From an uncultured Bacilli bacterium (GTDB lineage Bacteria; Bacillota_I; Bacilli_A; RF39; UBA660): a stretch of DNA of 64,000 bases. The first letter of the stretch is position 1, and the number at the start of each line of letters is the position of its first letter. The notes below the pieces were generated by a model. The model saw only the letters and a program-made list of their open reading frames with translations. It searched no databases and was not told where the DNA came from. A program made the position numbers and the translations under genes. The stretch spans positions 40,611 through 104,610 of the forward strand of contig CAKOMQ010000001.1 of assembly GCA_934096715.1 (NCBI GenBank). Reading direction: 5' to 3'. Below, one piece after another: positions 38,383-47,452 of the stretch.

Positions 38383-39091
38383 TTATGATCTACTAAGAAA
38401 GTATGTTGATGAATCTAAGTGGAAAAAATCATTTAAATTACTTAATCAAGGGTATCCAGTTCAATATATTATTGGAAATGTAGAATTTATTAATAATATT
38501 ATTTTTGTTAATAAGAATGTTTTAATTCCTCGTTTTGAAACTGAATATTTAGTAGAAAAGACACTAAAATATATAAAAAAATATAATATAACTAATCCAA
38601 ATATTCTAGATTTATGTACAGGAAGCGGATGTATTGCTATAAGCATAGCTTCAGAATTAAATATTACTGTAGATGCCTTAGATATAAGCAAAAAAGCCTT
38701 AAGGATAGCTAAAAAAAATGCTCTACATAATAAAGTGAATGTAAATTTTTTTAAGTCAGATTTAGAAAAATTTGTTCCTAATAAAAAATATGATGTTATA
38801 ATTTCTAATCCACCATACGTAAGTTTTAATGAAGATGTAGACCCTAAAACTTACTATGAACCATCACTTGCGTTGTATGCTATAGATAATGGATTATATT
38901 TTTATAAAGCTATATTTAATAGATATAAAAAATATTTAAGTGACAAATATTTTTTAGCTTTTGAAATAGGTGAAACTGAAGGAATAAGTTTACTAGACTA
39001 TGCTAAAGTTTCATTTCCTAAAGCAAATATTTGGATAGAAAAAGATCTTAATAATAAAGATAGATATTTATTTATAACAAATTTTGAATAA
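38375..39091 (+). CDS. prmC: Release factor glutamine methyltransferase
   Basis: 238 aa. NPPY motif. Overlaps the prfA stop. Confidence 0.9.
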   Translation: MNDYDLLRKYVDESKWKKSFKLLNQGYPVQYIIGNVEFINNIIFVNKNVLIPRFETEYLVEKTLKYIKKYNITNPNILDLCTGSGCIAISIASELNITVDALDISKKALRIAKKNALHNKVNVNFFKSDLEKFVPNKKYDVIISNPPYVSFNEDVDPKTYYEPSLALYAIDNGLYFYKAIFNRYKKYLSDKYFLAFEIGETEGISLLDYAKVSFPKANIWIEKDLNNKDRYLFITNFE

Positions 39092-39130
39092 TATTAACTA
39101 TAATTAATCATAATTTACTTGGGTGACATT

Positions 39131-39637
39131 ATGAAAAAAATTATAGTTATTTTATTTTTATTAGTAAGTATTTCAGTAATAGTTAATGAAAAAGAAAATA
39201 TTCTAATTCCTAAAGATGCTATTAGATTTAGAATTATTGCTAATAGTGATTCAATGGAAGATCAAGAATTAAAACTTACGATCAAAAATGATGTAGAAAA
39301 AGAATTATTTACTCTTTTAAAAGGGGCTGAAACCATAGATGAAGCTAGAAATAGAATAAATGATAATATAAATTCTATAAAAAAAATAGTAGATAAATAC
39401 AATGTTAGATATGATATAACTTATGGAAATAATTATTTCCCAACAAAAGAATATAAAGGAGTAAATTATACTGAAGGAAATTATGAATCTTTAGTTATAA
39501 GCTTGGGTAACGCTGTAGGCAAAAACTGGTGGTGTGTTTTATTTCCACCATTATGTATGCTTGATGAACAAACAAACCTATCTGATAAAGATTATCGCTT
39601 TTTTGTATATGATTTAATTAATAAAACTAACAAATAA
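39131..39637 (+). CDS. spoIIR: Stage II sporulation protein R
   Basis: RFRIIANSDS..NWWCVLFPPLC SpoIIR signature. Signal-like N-terminus. Start at ATG 39131. Confidence 0.85.
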   Translation: MKKIIVILFLLVSISVIVNEKENILIPKDAIRFRIIANSDSMEDQELKLTIKNDVEKELFTLLKGAETIDEARNRINDNINSIKKIVDKYNVRYDITYGNNYFPTKEYKGVNYTEGNYESLVISLGNAVGKNWWCVLFPPLCMLDEQTNLSDKDYRFFVYDLINKTNK

Positions 39638-39662
39638 ATAATATAATTTCTTAGGTGATTAA

Positions 39663-40193
39663 ATGCAAAGCTATCTAACTATAATATTTATAGGTATTGC
39701 TTTATCAATGGATGCTTTTGCTCTATCGATATCAATTGGTTCATATATGCTTAAAAAAACTATAATATTTTTTTCGTTTTTAGTAGGCATACTTCATTTT
39801 ATTCTTCCTTTGCTAGGAAGTATAATTGGTAATAATCTATTATACAATTTATCTATAAATCCTAATTATCTATTAGGTATAGTATTAATATTTTTGTTTA
39901 TTCAAATGTTAATTGATATTAAAAGCGAAAAAGACATATTCATAAATAATAAGTGGGAACTATCAGTTTTAGCACTTACAGTTAGTATAGATAGCTTTAT
40001 AACAGGAGTAGGTTTATCATTAATATCATCAAATATTATTATATCTTCATTAATATTTTCACTTTTAGCCGGATGTATAACATTTCTTGGATTACTAATA
40101 TCTAAAATAAGTACTAAGTATTTTGGTATGTATGCTAGATTTATAGGCATAATTATACTACTATTACTAATTATTAATTGTTTTTATGAATAA
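39663..40193 (+). CDS. mntP: Manganese efflux pump MntP
   Basis: 176 aa, six TM, duplicated DUF204-type motif (MDAFALSISIG / SIDSFITGVG). Confidence 0.8.
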   Translation: MQSYLTIIFIGIALSMDAFALSISIGSYMLKKTIIFFSFLVGILHFILPLLGSIIGNNLLYNLSINPNYLLGIVLIFLFIQMLIDIKSEKDIFINNKWELSVLALTVSIDSFITGVGLSLISSNIIISSLIFSLLAGCITFLGLLISKISTKYFGMYARFIGIIILLLLIINCFYE

Positions 40194-40234
40194 ATATTTT
40201 ATTAAATCTTCATAATTTATATAGAAGGTGACAT

Positions 40235-41047
40235 ATGAAGAAAATAATTACTAAAGATAATTATCGTAATTATCTTAATATAGATTTATTTTTAATAATT
40301 ATTTGTTTATTTGTTCTAATATCTTATCAATCATATGCATTTTATTATGATAAATATAGTTTCAAGTATATAAGTAGTAAAGTTGGTAATTTTCTCTCTA
40401 AAAATAGTGATATTTCTCTTTTGATTAATATTGAAAATGGTACTAGAAATGGAGAAAAATACTACAAAATAGTATCATCTATTCCTGATAATGGTTATGT
40501 ATATAAGAGTTCTATTTGTAAAAATGGATCAATCATCAATTATGATGAAAAAACGCATGCTATGAAGATTAATTCTACAAAAAAAGATGAATGTTATGCT
40601 TACTTTGACTTAGAAAGAGACGCTGACTTAGTTATGACTATTATGGTAGAAAAAAGTGTTAATTCTAACGAATATATAGAGAGTGATGTTATACCATTAT
40701 ATGGTTATTCATATAGTAGTGCAAATTGTGCGAATGGAAGTAATATAACATATGATGAAAAAAGCAGAAAATTATATTTAACTTCATCTACTCTAGATAA
40801 ATGTCAAATATATTTTAAAAAATTAGAATCTAATATAGATGCTTTAGTTTATTTAAATAATAATGGAGTACTTGAATTAGTTACAGAGTTAGATGAAACC
40901 AAGAAATATATGATTAATTCTAAAAGTAAATGCCGACTCAATAGAGAAGATGTAAGTAGTACAATTTCTATAGAAGGTAGAAATATATTAATAGATGCTC
41001 CTAATAATAGTAAATGCGACGTTATATTGGATATTAATAATGAATAA
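40235..41047 (+). CDS. Membrane-anchored hypothetical protein with three Cys-bracketed repeats
   Basis: 270 aa. N-terminal TM. Three repeats of about 63 aa, each with C-x(21-24)-C (CKNGSIINYDEK..DEC, CANGSNITYDEK..DKC, CRLNREDV..SKC). Confidence 0.5.
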   Translation: MKKIITKDNYRNYLNIDLFLIIICLFVLISYQSYAFYYDKYSFKYISSKVGNFLSKNSDISLLINIENGTRNGEKYYKIVSSIPDNGYVYKSSICKNGSIINYDEKTHAMKINSTKKDECYAYFDLERDADLVMTIMVEKSVNSNEYIESDVIPLYGYSYSSANCANGSNITYDEKSRKLYLTSSTLDKCQIYFKKLESNIDALVYLNNNGVLELVTELDETKKYMINSKSKCRLNREDVSSTISIEGRNILIDAPNNSKCDVILDINNE

Positions 41048-41151
41048 AGTGCTTATATTTATTGGAATATTCATTAATATATTATTTCTTTCTTCCATTT
41101 ATTATATTCTTTCTTTATATTTAACTCATGATATTATATGCCCTTATTATC

Positions 41152-41185
41152 AATGTTAATAACTAACTAGTTATTAACATTTTTC
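41152..41185 (+). terminator. Hairpin terminator upstream of the murA promoter
   Basis: 14 bp arms AATGTTAATAACTA / TAGTTATTAACATT with a 2 nt loop region, then TTTT. Confidence 0.5.
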
Positions 41186-41214
41186 TTGACAAAACTAAAA
41201 TAAAAAGTTATATT
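41186..41214 (+). promoter_or_regulatory. Sigma-A promoter for murA
   Basis: -35 TTGACA (41186-41191), 17 nt spacer, -10 TATATT (41209-41214). Confidence 0.65.
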
Positions 41215-41318
41215 ATGTTTGGAACTTGAGTTTTCGAACTTTTTTATTAAGGAACAATTTATAAAAAAAATCATAAATAATAATAGGCATATTGCTTAGT
41301 AGTAAAGAAGGTATATAT

Positions 41319-42575
41319 ATGAAACATATCGTAATTGAAGGCGGTTATCCTTTAAGTGGCTCTGTAAGTATTTCAGGTGCTAAAAATAGTGCAGTTGCAA
41401 TACTCCCCGCAGCGTTACTTGCAGATGGAATTATTAATATTGATAATGTCCCAAATATTACAGATCGTGATGCTTTATTCGATATTATTAAAGTTTTAAA
41501 TTGTGATATAGTTGAAAATGGTAGTAAAGTTACCATTGATACAACTAAATTAACTAACAATTTGATTCCTAACGATTTAAGTGTAAAGTTACGTGCATCA
41601 TATTATTTTATGGGTGTTTTATTAGGTAGATTCAAACACGTTGAAATATTTTTCCCAGGTGGATGTAATATTGGCACAAGACCAATTGATATGCATTTAG
41701 ATGGTTTTAAAAGACTAGGAGCAACATTGCGTAAGACAAAACATAAATATATATTAGATGCTAAAGAATTGAAAGGTAACTCTATATACTTAGATTTTGC
41801 ATCAGTAGGAGCAACAATTAACATAATGTTTGCGGCTGTTTATGCTAAAGGTATCACAACTATTCATAATGCTGCTAAAGAAGTTGAAATTATAAATATT
41901 GCAGAGTTTTTAAATAGTATGGGTGCTAATATAACTGGAGCAGGGACTGATGTAATAACAATTACAGGTAGTACAGAATTATTAAAAGGTACTGAATTTA
42001 GAATTATTCCAGATCGTATTGAAGCTGGTACTTATGCAATAATGGGTGCATTACTAGGTAATGATTTTAAAGTAAATGATTTTATTCCTGAACATAATCA
42101 AGCATTATTATTGAAGTTTGATGAAATGGGAGTAAATTATAGACTAGACAATGATTCAATTATTCTAAATAAAAGTGATAATTTAAAAGCTATTAATGTA
42201 AAAACTTTAGTATATCCTGGATTTCCAACGGACTTAGGTCAACCAATGAGCGTTTTACTTACACAAGCAGAAGGTGTATCATTATTTGAAGAAACCATTT
42301 GGGAAAATAGAATGGGTCACATGCCATGTTTAAAGAAAATGGGTGCAGATATTACAGTTAATGGTCTTAGTGCAGTTATTAAAGGAAAGACAGACCTAGT
42401 AGGTACAGATATTAACGCTACTGATTTAAGAGGAGGAGCATCTTTAATTATTGCAGGATTAATCGCCAGTGGCACAACAACAATCAGCGATATAGATTAC
42501 ATTCTAAGAGGTTATGAAAAGATTATTCATAAACTGTCTGACTGTGGTGCTAAAATATCTTTAGAAGAAATATAA
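41319..42575 (+). CDS. murA: UDP-N-acetylglucosamine 1-carboxyvinyltransferase
   Basis: Catalytic Cys loop PGGCNIGTRPID. Start at ATG 41319 behind AAGAAGG. Confidence 0.95.
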   Translation: MKHIVIEGGYPLSGSVSISGAKNSAVAILPAALLADGIINIDNVPNITDRDALFDIIKVLNCDIVENGSKVTIDTTKLTNNLIPNDLSVKLRASYYFMGVLLGRFKHVEIFFPGGCNIGTRPIDMHLDGFKRLGATLRKTKHKYILDAKELKGNSIYLDFASVGATINIMFAAVYAKGITTIHNAAKEVEIINIAEFLNSMGANITGAGTDVITITGSTELLKGTEFRIIPDRIEAGTYAIMGALLGNDFKVNDFIPEHNQALLLKFDEMGVNYRLDNDSIILNKSDNLKAINVKTLVYPGFPTDLGQPMSVLLTQAEGVSLFEETIWENRMGHMPCLKKMGADITVNGLSAVIKGKTDLVGTDINATDLRGGASLIIAGLIASGTTTISDIDYILRGYEKIIHKLSDCGAKISLEEI

Positions 42576-42576
42576 T

Positions 42577-42604
42577 ATAGAGAGAAATCTCTATTTTCTT
42601 TTTG
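42577..42604 (+). terminator. Intrinsic terminator after murA
   Basis: ATAGAGA-GAAA-TCTCTAT followed by a T-rich run. Confidence 0.65.
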
Positions 42605-42613
42605 GGGGTATTT

Positions 42614-43288
42614 ATGAGAAGATTATATAAGGTAATATTAATATTATTGATTGGATTCATTTTAACCATAATTATTTATTATTATACAATACCAAAGAAT
42701 CTAAATTATCTTGCCTTAGGAGACGGAATAGCTAGTGGAGAAAACGCTTATTTAATAGATGGCAATAGTTATAATGACTATTTTAATGAAGAACAATATA
42801 AGAAAATAAAAAACTACAATGATGATTTTTCTAAAAAAAATTATAAACTAAAAGAACTTATTGATGATATTAAAAATAATAATCAAATAAAAGGTAAATA
42901 TATTGAGCAATTAATTCATAACTCTAATATAATTACAATAGCCATTGGTATGGATGAACTTGCAAAGTTCAGTGTTACAGATAAGTTAGATCAAGACTAT
43001 ATTAAAGATTTTTTAAATAGTTATGATAATCTTTTATATTTGATAAGAAAGCTAAATGATAAAGAAGTCATAATACTAGGATTATATAGAGCTAATAATT
43101 TAAAGGAGAGTGACATAATTTTAATTAATTCTCAATTGAAAGACATTGCTAAAAAATATAATTCAAAATACATTAATATTAGTGAACTTCTTAAAGATAA
43201 AAGTTATTTTCTAAAAGATAATTCCTATTACTTTGATTATAATGCTCACTATAAAATCTATCAAATGTTAAAGCACTCTTTAAATTAA
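42614..43288 (+). CDS. SGNH/GDSL-family hydrolase, membrane anchored
   Basis: N-terminal TM, block I LALGDGIASGEN. Confidence 0.6.
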   Translation: MRRLYKVILILLIGFILTIIIYYYTIPKNLNYLALGDGIASGENAYLIDGNSYNDYFNEEQYKKIKNYNDDFSKKNYKLKELIDDIKNNNQIKGKYIEQLIHNSNIITIAIGMDELAKFSVTDKLDQDYIKDFLNSYDNLLYLIRKLNDKEVIILGLYRANNLKESDIILINSQLKDIAKKYNSKYINISELLKDKSYFLKDNSYYFDYNAHYKIYQMLKHSLN

Positions 43289-43386
43289 TTATCAAAAACT
43301 GGTTGTTTAATTAAAAAAATATGTTATAATACTTAAGAACGAAAGTTTCTATGCAATTTAAATTGTATGGCGAAAGGAGATTTATT

Positions 43387-43590
43387 ATGAAAGCAAATTT
43401 ACATCCAGAATTAAAAGATACTAAAGTAACTTGTGCTTGTGGTGCTTCATTTGTAACAAAATCTGTTAAAGATGAAATTAATGTTGAAGTTTGTAGTGAA
43501 TGTCATCCATTCTATACAGGAGCTCAAGGAAAAGTTAAAAAGACTGGTAATATTGAAAAGTTTAATAAAAAATACGGACTTAATAAATAA
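43387..43590 (+). CDS. rpmE: 50S ribosomal protein L31 (zinc-binding type)
   Basis: [25 protein letters not shown]. Start at 43387 behind AAAGGAGA. Confidence 0.95.
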   Translation: MKANLHPELKDTKVTCACGASFVTKSVKDEINVEVCSECHPFYTGAQGKVKKTGNIEKFNKKYGLNK

Positions 43591-43595
43591 GACTA

Positions 43596-43625
43596 AAGAG
43601 CAGATTAATCTTCTGTTCTTTTTTA
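43596..43625 (+). terminator. Intrinsic terminator after rpmE
   Basis: AAGAGCAGA..TCTGTTCTT followed by TTTTT. Confidence 0.65.
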
Positions 43626-43654
43626 ATTCATGATATAATCAAAATGGTGATACA

Positions 43655-44107
43655 ATGAAGATATATATTGCATGTGACCATAGGGGAGTAGATACTTTAC
43701 CTATAATTATAAATTATTTAGAAGAAACACATAACGATATTGAAAGAATAGGAGTTAATAAAGAAAAGGATGACTATCCGGATTATGCATTTAGTCTATG
43801 TAAAAAAGTAGTTGAAAATAAAGAGTCTCTTGGAGTACTAATATGTGGAAATGGAATTGGTATGTCAATTGCTGCGAATAAAGTTAAAGGCATACGTGCT
43901 GCAAGAATAGTAAATACAGATGACGCTATTAAATGTAAGTCACATAATGGTTGCAATGTAATATGTATTGGTGCAAACCTAGGTAATGATTTAATAATAT
44001 CTATGATTGAAGCATTTATTAAAACTCCTAATCCATTTGAAGAAAAGCATATAAATAGAATAAATAAAATAATAAATTATGAAAATGGTGAATATAATGA
44101 ATTATAA
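43655..44107 (+). CDS. rpiB: Ribose-5-phosphate isomerase B
   Basis: 150 aa. LICGNGIGMSIAANK motif. Confidence 0.9.
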   Translation: MKIYIACDHRGVDTLPIIINYLEETHNDIERIGVNKEKDDYPDYAFSLCKKVVENKESLGVLICGNGIGMSIAANKVKGIRAARIVNTDDAIKCKSHNGCNVICIGANLGNDLIISMIEAFIKTPNPFEEKHINRINKIINYENGEYNEL

Positions 44108-44294
44108 AATATTTTTATATATTATTTTAACATTTTTAAGTATTTTTGGAGTATCCGCGATTAACTATGAAAAATTTATAAAAGCTAACAAAATATGGGA
44201 AACAAGGATTCTGTTAATGCTTCTAAGTATGTCACTAGCTTATCTAGTCACAAATTTTATTATTGATTTTACAAATTTAGATAATTTATTTTAA
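44097..44294 (+). CDS. Small two-TM membrane protein (possibly DUF1146/YwzB-like)
   Basis: 65 aa from ATG 44097 behind GGTGA. Neighbourhood of murA and spoIID, as for ywzB in B. subtilis. Confidence 0.4.
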   Translation: MNYKIFLYIILTFLSIFGVSAINYEKFIKANKIWETRILLMLLSMSLAYLVTNFIIDFTNLDNLF

Positions 44295-44305
44295 AGGAGA
44301 ATATT

Positions 44306-45190
44306 ATGAACAAGATATTATTATTTTTAGTAGTATTGTTGGGAGTAATTTATATTAATATAAGTAGTACAACTCATGGTACTACTTTTTTTGAAGATAA
44401 AACTATAAAAGTAAAGAAAGATAATAACATTAACTCTCTAAAATTAGAAGAATATATAATTGGTGTAGTAGCGGCTGAAATGCCTGCTTCTTTTAATATT
44501 GAAGCTCTAAAAGCCCAAGCTATCGCTGCAAGGACATATGCAGTATACAAAATGGGTCAAAATAATGATTATGACATAATTGCAAGTGTATCTAACCAAG
44601 GTTATATAACTAAAGAAGAAATGCGTTCTATTTGGAAAGATAATTATGATTTATATTATACAAAAATTTATAAAGCAGTTACAGATACTAAAGATTTAGT
44701 AATGAAGTACAATAATCAAGTAATTGAATCTTACTACTTTGCCATGAGTAACGGTTATACTGAAAAATCTAGTCTAGTATTTAATCAAGACAGAGATTAT
44801 TTAGATAGTGTTAAAGTAGAGTATGATAATAGTAGTTTAAATAACTTTGAAAAGACTATTACTTTAACTAAAGAAGAATTTTGTACTAAGTTAAATTTAC
44901 CTAGCCAAAATATAGTTATTAACAATATAAATAGATCAACCACTAATCGAGTTATAACTATAACAATAAATAACATTAGTTTTAAAGGAACAGAAATTAG
45001 AAAATTACTTAACTTAAGGTCTACCGATTTTAATATTAATATAAGTAACAATATTATTATTACTACTAGGGGATATGGCCATGGAGTTGGTATGAGCCAG
45101 TATGGCGCTAATGGAATGGCCAATTCTGGTTATACATACGAAGATATTCTCCATTATTATTACAAAAATATTCAAATAGATAAAATATAA
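44306..45190 (+). CDS. spoIID: Stage II sporulation protein D
   Basis: 294 aa. EALKAQAIAARTYA and GHGVGMSQYGA SpoIID motifs. Confidence 0.9.
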   Translation: MNKILLFLVVLLGVIYINISSTTHGTTFFEDKTIKVKKDNNINSLKLEEYIIGVVAAEMPASFNIEALKAQAIAARTYAVYKMGQNNDYDIIASVSNQGYITKEEMRSIWKDNYDLYYTKIYKAVTDTKDLVMKYNNQVIESYYFAMSNGYTEKSSLVFNQDRDYLDSVKVEYDNSSLNNFEKTITLTKEEFCTKLNLPSQNIVINNINRSTTNRVITITINNISFKGTEIRKLLNLRSTDFNINISNNIIITTRGYGHGVGMSQYGANGMANSGYTYEDILHYYYKNIQIDKI

Positions 45191-45238
45191 AGTATATTAT
45201 TTTTAAATCCGTCAATACTTTTACTAGGACGGTGAAAA

Positions 45239-45868
45239 ATGAAAAAAAGAAAATTAAAAGCTTTCGTATTACCAACAACATATCTTCTTATAACAATTAC
45301 TATATTCCTTGGAATTGTCTTTATGAGTGGTGGAGTTAAAAAAACGGGTGGTTACAACTTCTCAACAGATATAATTAAAGATCCAACTGTTCCAGTAGTT
45401 GAAACAGATGAACAGTCTAATACTACTTTTATTTCTCCAGTGGACACTACGATAGTAAATATAGGTATTAATTTCTATTCAAAAGAAGATGATCAAACTA
45501 GACAAGAAAATAGTTTAATCTACTATGAAAATACCTATCTACCTAATACTGGAATACTTTATACAAGCGATAAAGAATTTGAAATAAAAAGTGTATCAAA
45601 TGGTAAAGTATTAGAAGTTAAAGAAGATGAAATAATGGGCTCTTACGTAGTTATTGAACATAATACTAACTTAAAAACTTATTATTATGGACTAACTAAT
45701 ATATTAGTAAAAGCCAATGATGAAGTTACAAGTGGTACTGTAATTGGTAATAGCAAAGAAAATAATATTTCTAAAGGAAACAATTCATTCTTATTCGAAG
45801 TCAACTATAAGGGTGAAACAATTAATCCGGAAAAACTAATAGATAGTAAAATATCAGATTTTGAATAA
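45239..45868 (+). CDS. M23/LytM-domain protein, SpoIIQ-like by position
   Basis: 209 aa. N-terminal TM, LytM-like core GSYVVIEHNTNLKTYYYGL. Directly after spoIID, as spoIIQ is in clostridia. Confidence 0.6.
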   Translation: MKKRKLKAFVLPTTYLLITITIFLGIVFMSGGVKKTGGYNFSTDIIKDPTVPVVETDEQSNTTFISPVDTTIVNIGINFYSKEDDQTRQENSLIYYENTYLPNTGILYTSDKEFEIKSVSNGKVLEVKEDEIMGSYVVIEHNTNLKTYYYGLTNILVKANDEVTSGTVIGNSKENNISKGNNSFLFEVNYKGETINPEKLIDSKISDFE

Positions 45869-45874
45869 TTAGTT

Positions 45875-45908
45875 AAAAACTCTACCATTATATAAGTAGA
45901 GTTTTTTT
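45875..45908 (+). terminator. Intrinsic terminator
   Basis: AAAAACTCTAC..GTAGAGTTTTTTT. Confidence 0.7.
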
Positions 45909-45920
45909 AAGGAGAATACT

Positions 45921-46487
45921 ATGTATAATATATTATATTTAAATGATTATATTAATTATTATAATAAAAAAGAAAATAAACTAATCAAGTTTTTGCCATA
46001 TTCTAAAACACTTGAAAAAGGATTAATAATAGATATTAAAAAATTTACTAAAAGTTTTAAAAAAGTTTTAAAGGATAATAATATTAAACAAGGATTGTTT
46101 AATGATAAAATTATAATAATTACTCCACCAAACTTTAATAATGCTTATAAGTATCTTTACAAAGAAATATTTACCAATCTAAATTATAATATTGTTGTAT
46201 TTAAAAGTGAAATCTCATTTTATAATTTATCTAAAAGAAATATAAGCATAAATATTAACAAAGATTATTTTTATATTACTAAAACAATTTTTAATAAAAC
46301 TGAAAGTGAATGCTATAACATAAAAGACCTTGAATTATTATTGAAAGATAAAACTAAGAATTATTATTTATACGGTTTATATAAAAAAGAAATTATTGAT
46401 TTGTTTGAAAAACATAAAATAAATTATTATATTTTTGAAGGAAATGAAAATTTTTTTATTAAAAAGCAAAATTCAGACTTACGATAA
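45921..46487 (+). CDS. Hypothetical protein
   Basis: 188 aa ORF with RBS AAGGAGA. No motif recognised. Confidence 0.4.
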   Translation: MYNILYLNDYINYYNKKENKLIKFLPYSKTLEKGLIIDIKKFTKSFKKVLKDNNIKQGLFNDKIIIITPPNFNNAYKYLYKEIFTNLNYNIVVFKSEISFYNLSKRNISININKDYFYITKTIFNKTESECYNIKDLELLLKDKTKNYYLYGLYKKEIIDLFEKHKINYYIFEGNENFFIKKQNSDLR

Positions 46488-46601
46488 ATACGAATTAAAT
46501 CGATATAATTTAAACATTTTTGTCGAAAAAAGGCGAACTTTTTTTCTTGCAATTATCTTATTAGTTTGATAATCTTAATTTAGAGAAAAGAGGTGGGAAT
46601 T

Positions 46602-46814
46602 ATGCATGGCAAGGTAAAATGGTTTAATAACGAAAAGGGTTACGGATTTATTGAATATAATGATTTAGAAGATATATTCGTTCATTATTCAGCAATTGTA
46701 AAAAATGGTTATAAAACTTTGAATGAAGGCTCATATGTAAATTTTAATCTAGTGGAGACAGCTAAAGGTTTACAAGCAGTTGATGTTATTGAAGAACAAA
46801 AGACTATTTGCTAA
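46602..46814 (+). CDS. Cold-shock protein (CspA family)
   Basis: GKVKWFNNEKGYGFI RNP1 and VHYSAI RNP2. Start at ATG 46602 behind GAGGTGG. Confidence 0.9.
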   Translation: MHGKVKWFNNEKGYGFIEYNDLEDIFVHYSAIVKNGYKTLNEGSYVNFNLVETAKGLQAVDVIEEQKTIC

Positions 46815-46826
46815 TAGTTTTTTTTC
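46803..46826 (+). terminator. Intrinsic terminator after csp
   Basis: ACTATT-TGCT-AATAGT followed by a T8 run. Confidence 0.55.
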
Positions 46827-46863
46827 TTAAATTGAGTTATAATGATTATAGGAGAGTGATATA

Positions 46864-47394
46864 ATGAAAATTAATATTAGAGGAGATAAACTAGAAGTAA
46901 CTAAAGCTATTAATGATTATATAGATGAAAAAATAAATCATTTAAATAAGTATTTTAATGATCCTGATAATATTGAAGCAAAAGTTATTATCAGAAGTAA
47001 AAATAATTTAGACTATATAGAAGTTACTATTCCAGTAAACAAATTAATAATAAGAGCAGAAGAATCTCATAAGGATTTATATGCTGCTACTGATTTAGCT
47101 TTAGATAAGTTAGAGAGTCAAATTAGAAAAAATAAAAATAAGATTAAAAGCAAATATAAAAATGTTAATAACTTAGAAATGATTCTTGATTTTATTGAAG
47201 AACCAGAAGAAGATGAAGAAGAAATTGTAAAAAGAAAAAATGTAGAAAATAAACCTATGGATGAAGAAGAAGCTTTACTACAAATGAAACTTTTAAATCA
47301 TGATTTCTTTATCTTTAAGAACATCGATGAAGAATGTACATCAGTAATATATAAGAGAAAAGACAATAAATACGGAATTATTAACATAAAATAA
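46864..47394 (+). CDS. hpf: Ribosome hibernation promoting factor (long form)
   Basis: 176 aa. S30AE N-domain plus C-terminal dimerisation domain. Precedes secA. Confidence 0.9.
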   Translation: MKINIRGDKLEVTKAINDYIDEKINHLNKYFNDPDNIEAKVIIRSKNNLDYIEVTIPVNKLIIRAEESHKDLYAATDLALDKLESQIRKNKNKIKSKYKNVNNLEMILDFIEEPEEDEEEIVKRKNVENKPMDEEEALLQMKLLNHDFFIFKNIDEECTSVIYKRKDNKYGIINIK

Positions 47395-47417
47395 AGGATT
47401 TAATTCCTTTTTTTTAT
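47393..47417 (+). terminator. Intrinsic terminator after hpf
   Basis: AAAGGA..TCCTTT followed by a T-run. Confidence 0.55.
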
Positions 47418-47452
47418 TAAAAATGCTATAATAATTATTACGAGGTGTTAAT

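Noticed and set aside
41215-41318. Considered the roughly 100 nt murA leader as a possible riboswitch.
   Set aside because: No conserved riboswitch core or convincing terminator/antiterminator pair could be seen by eye.
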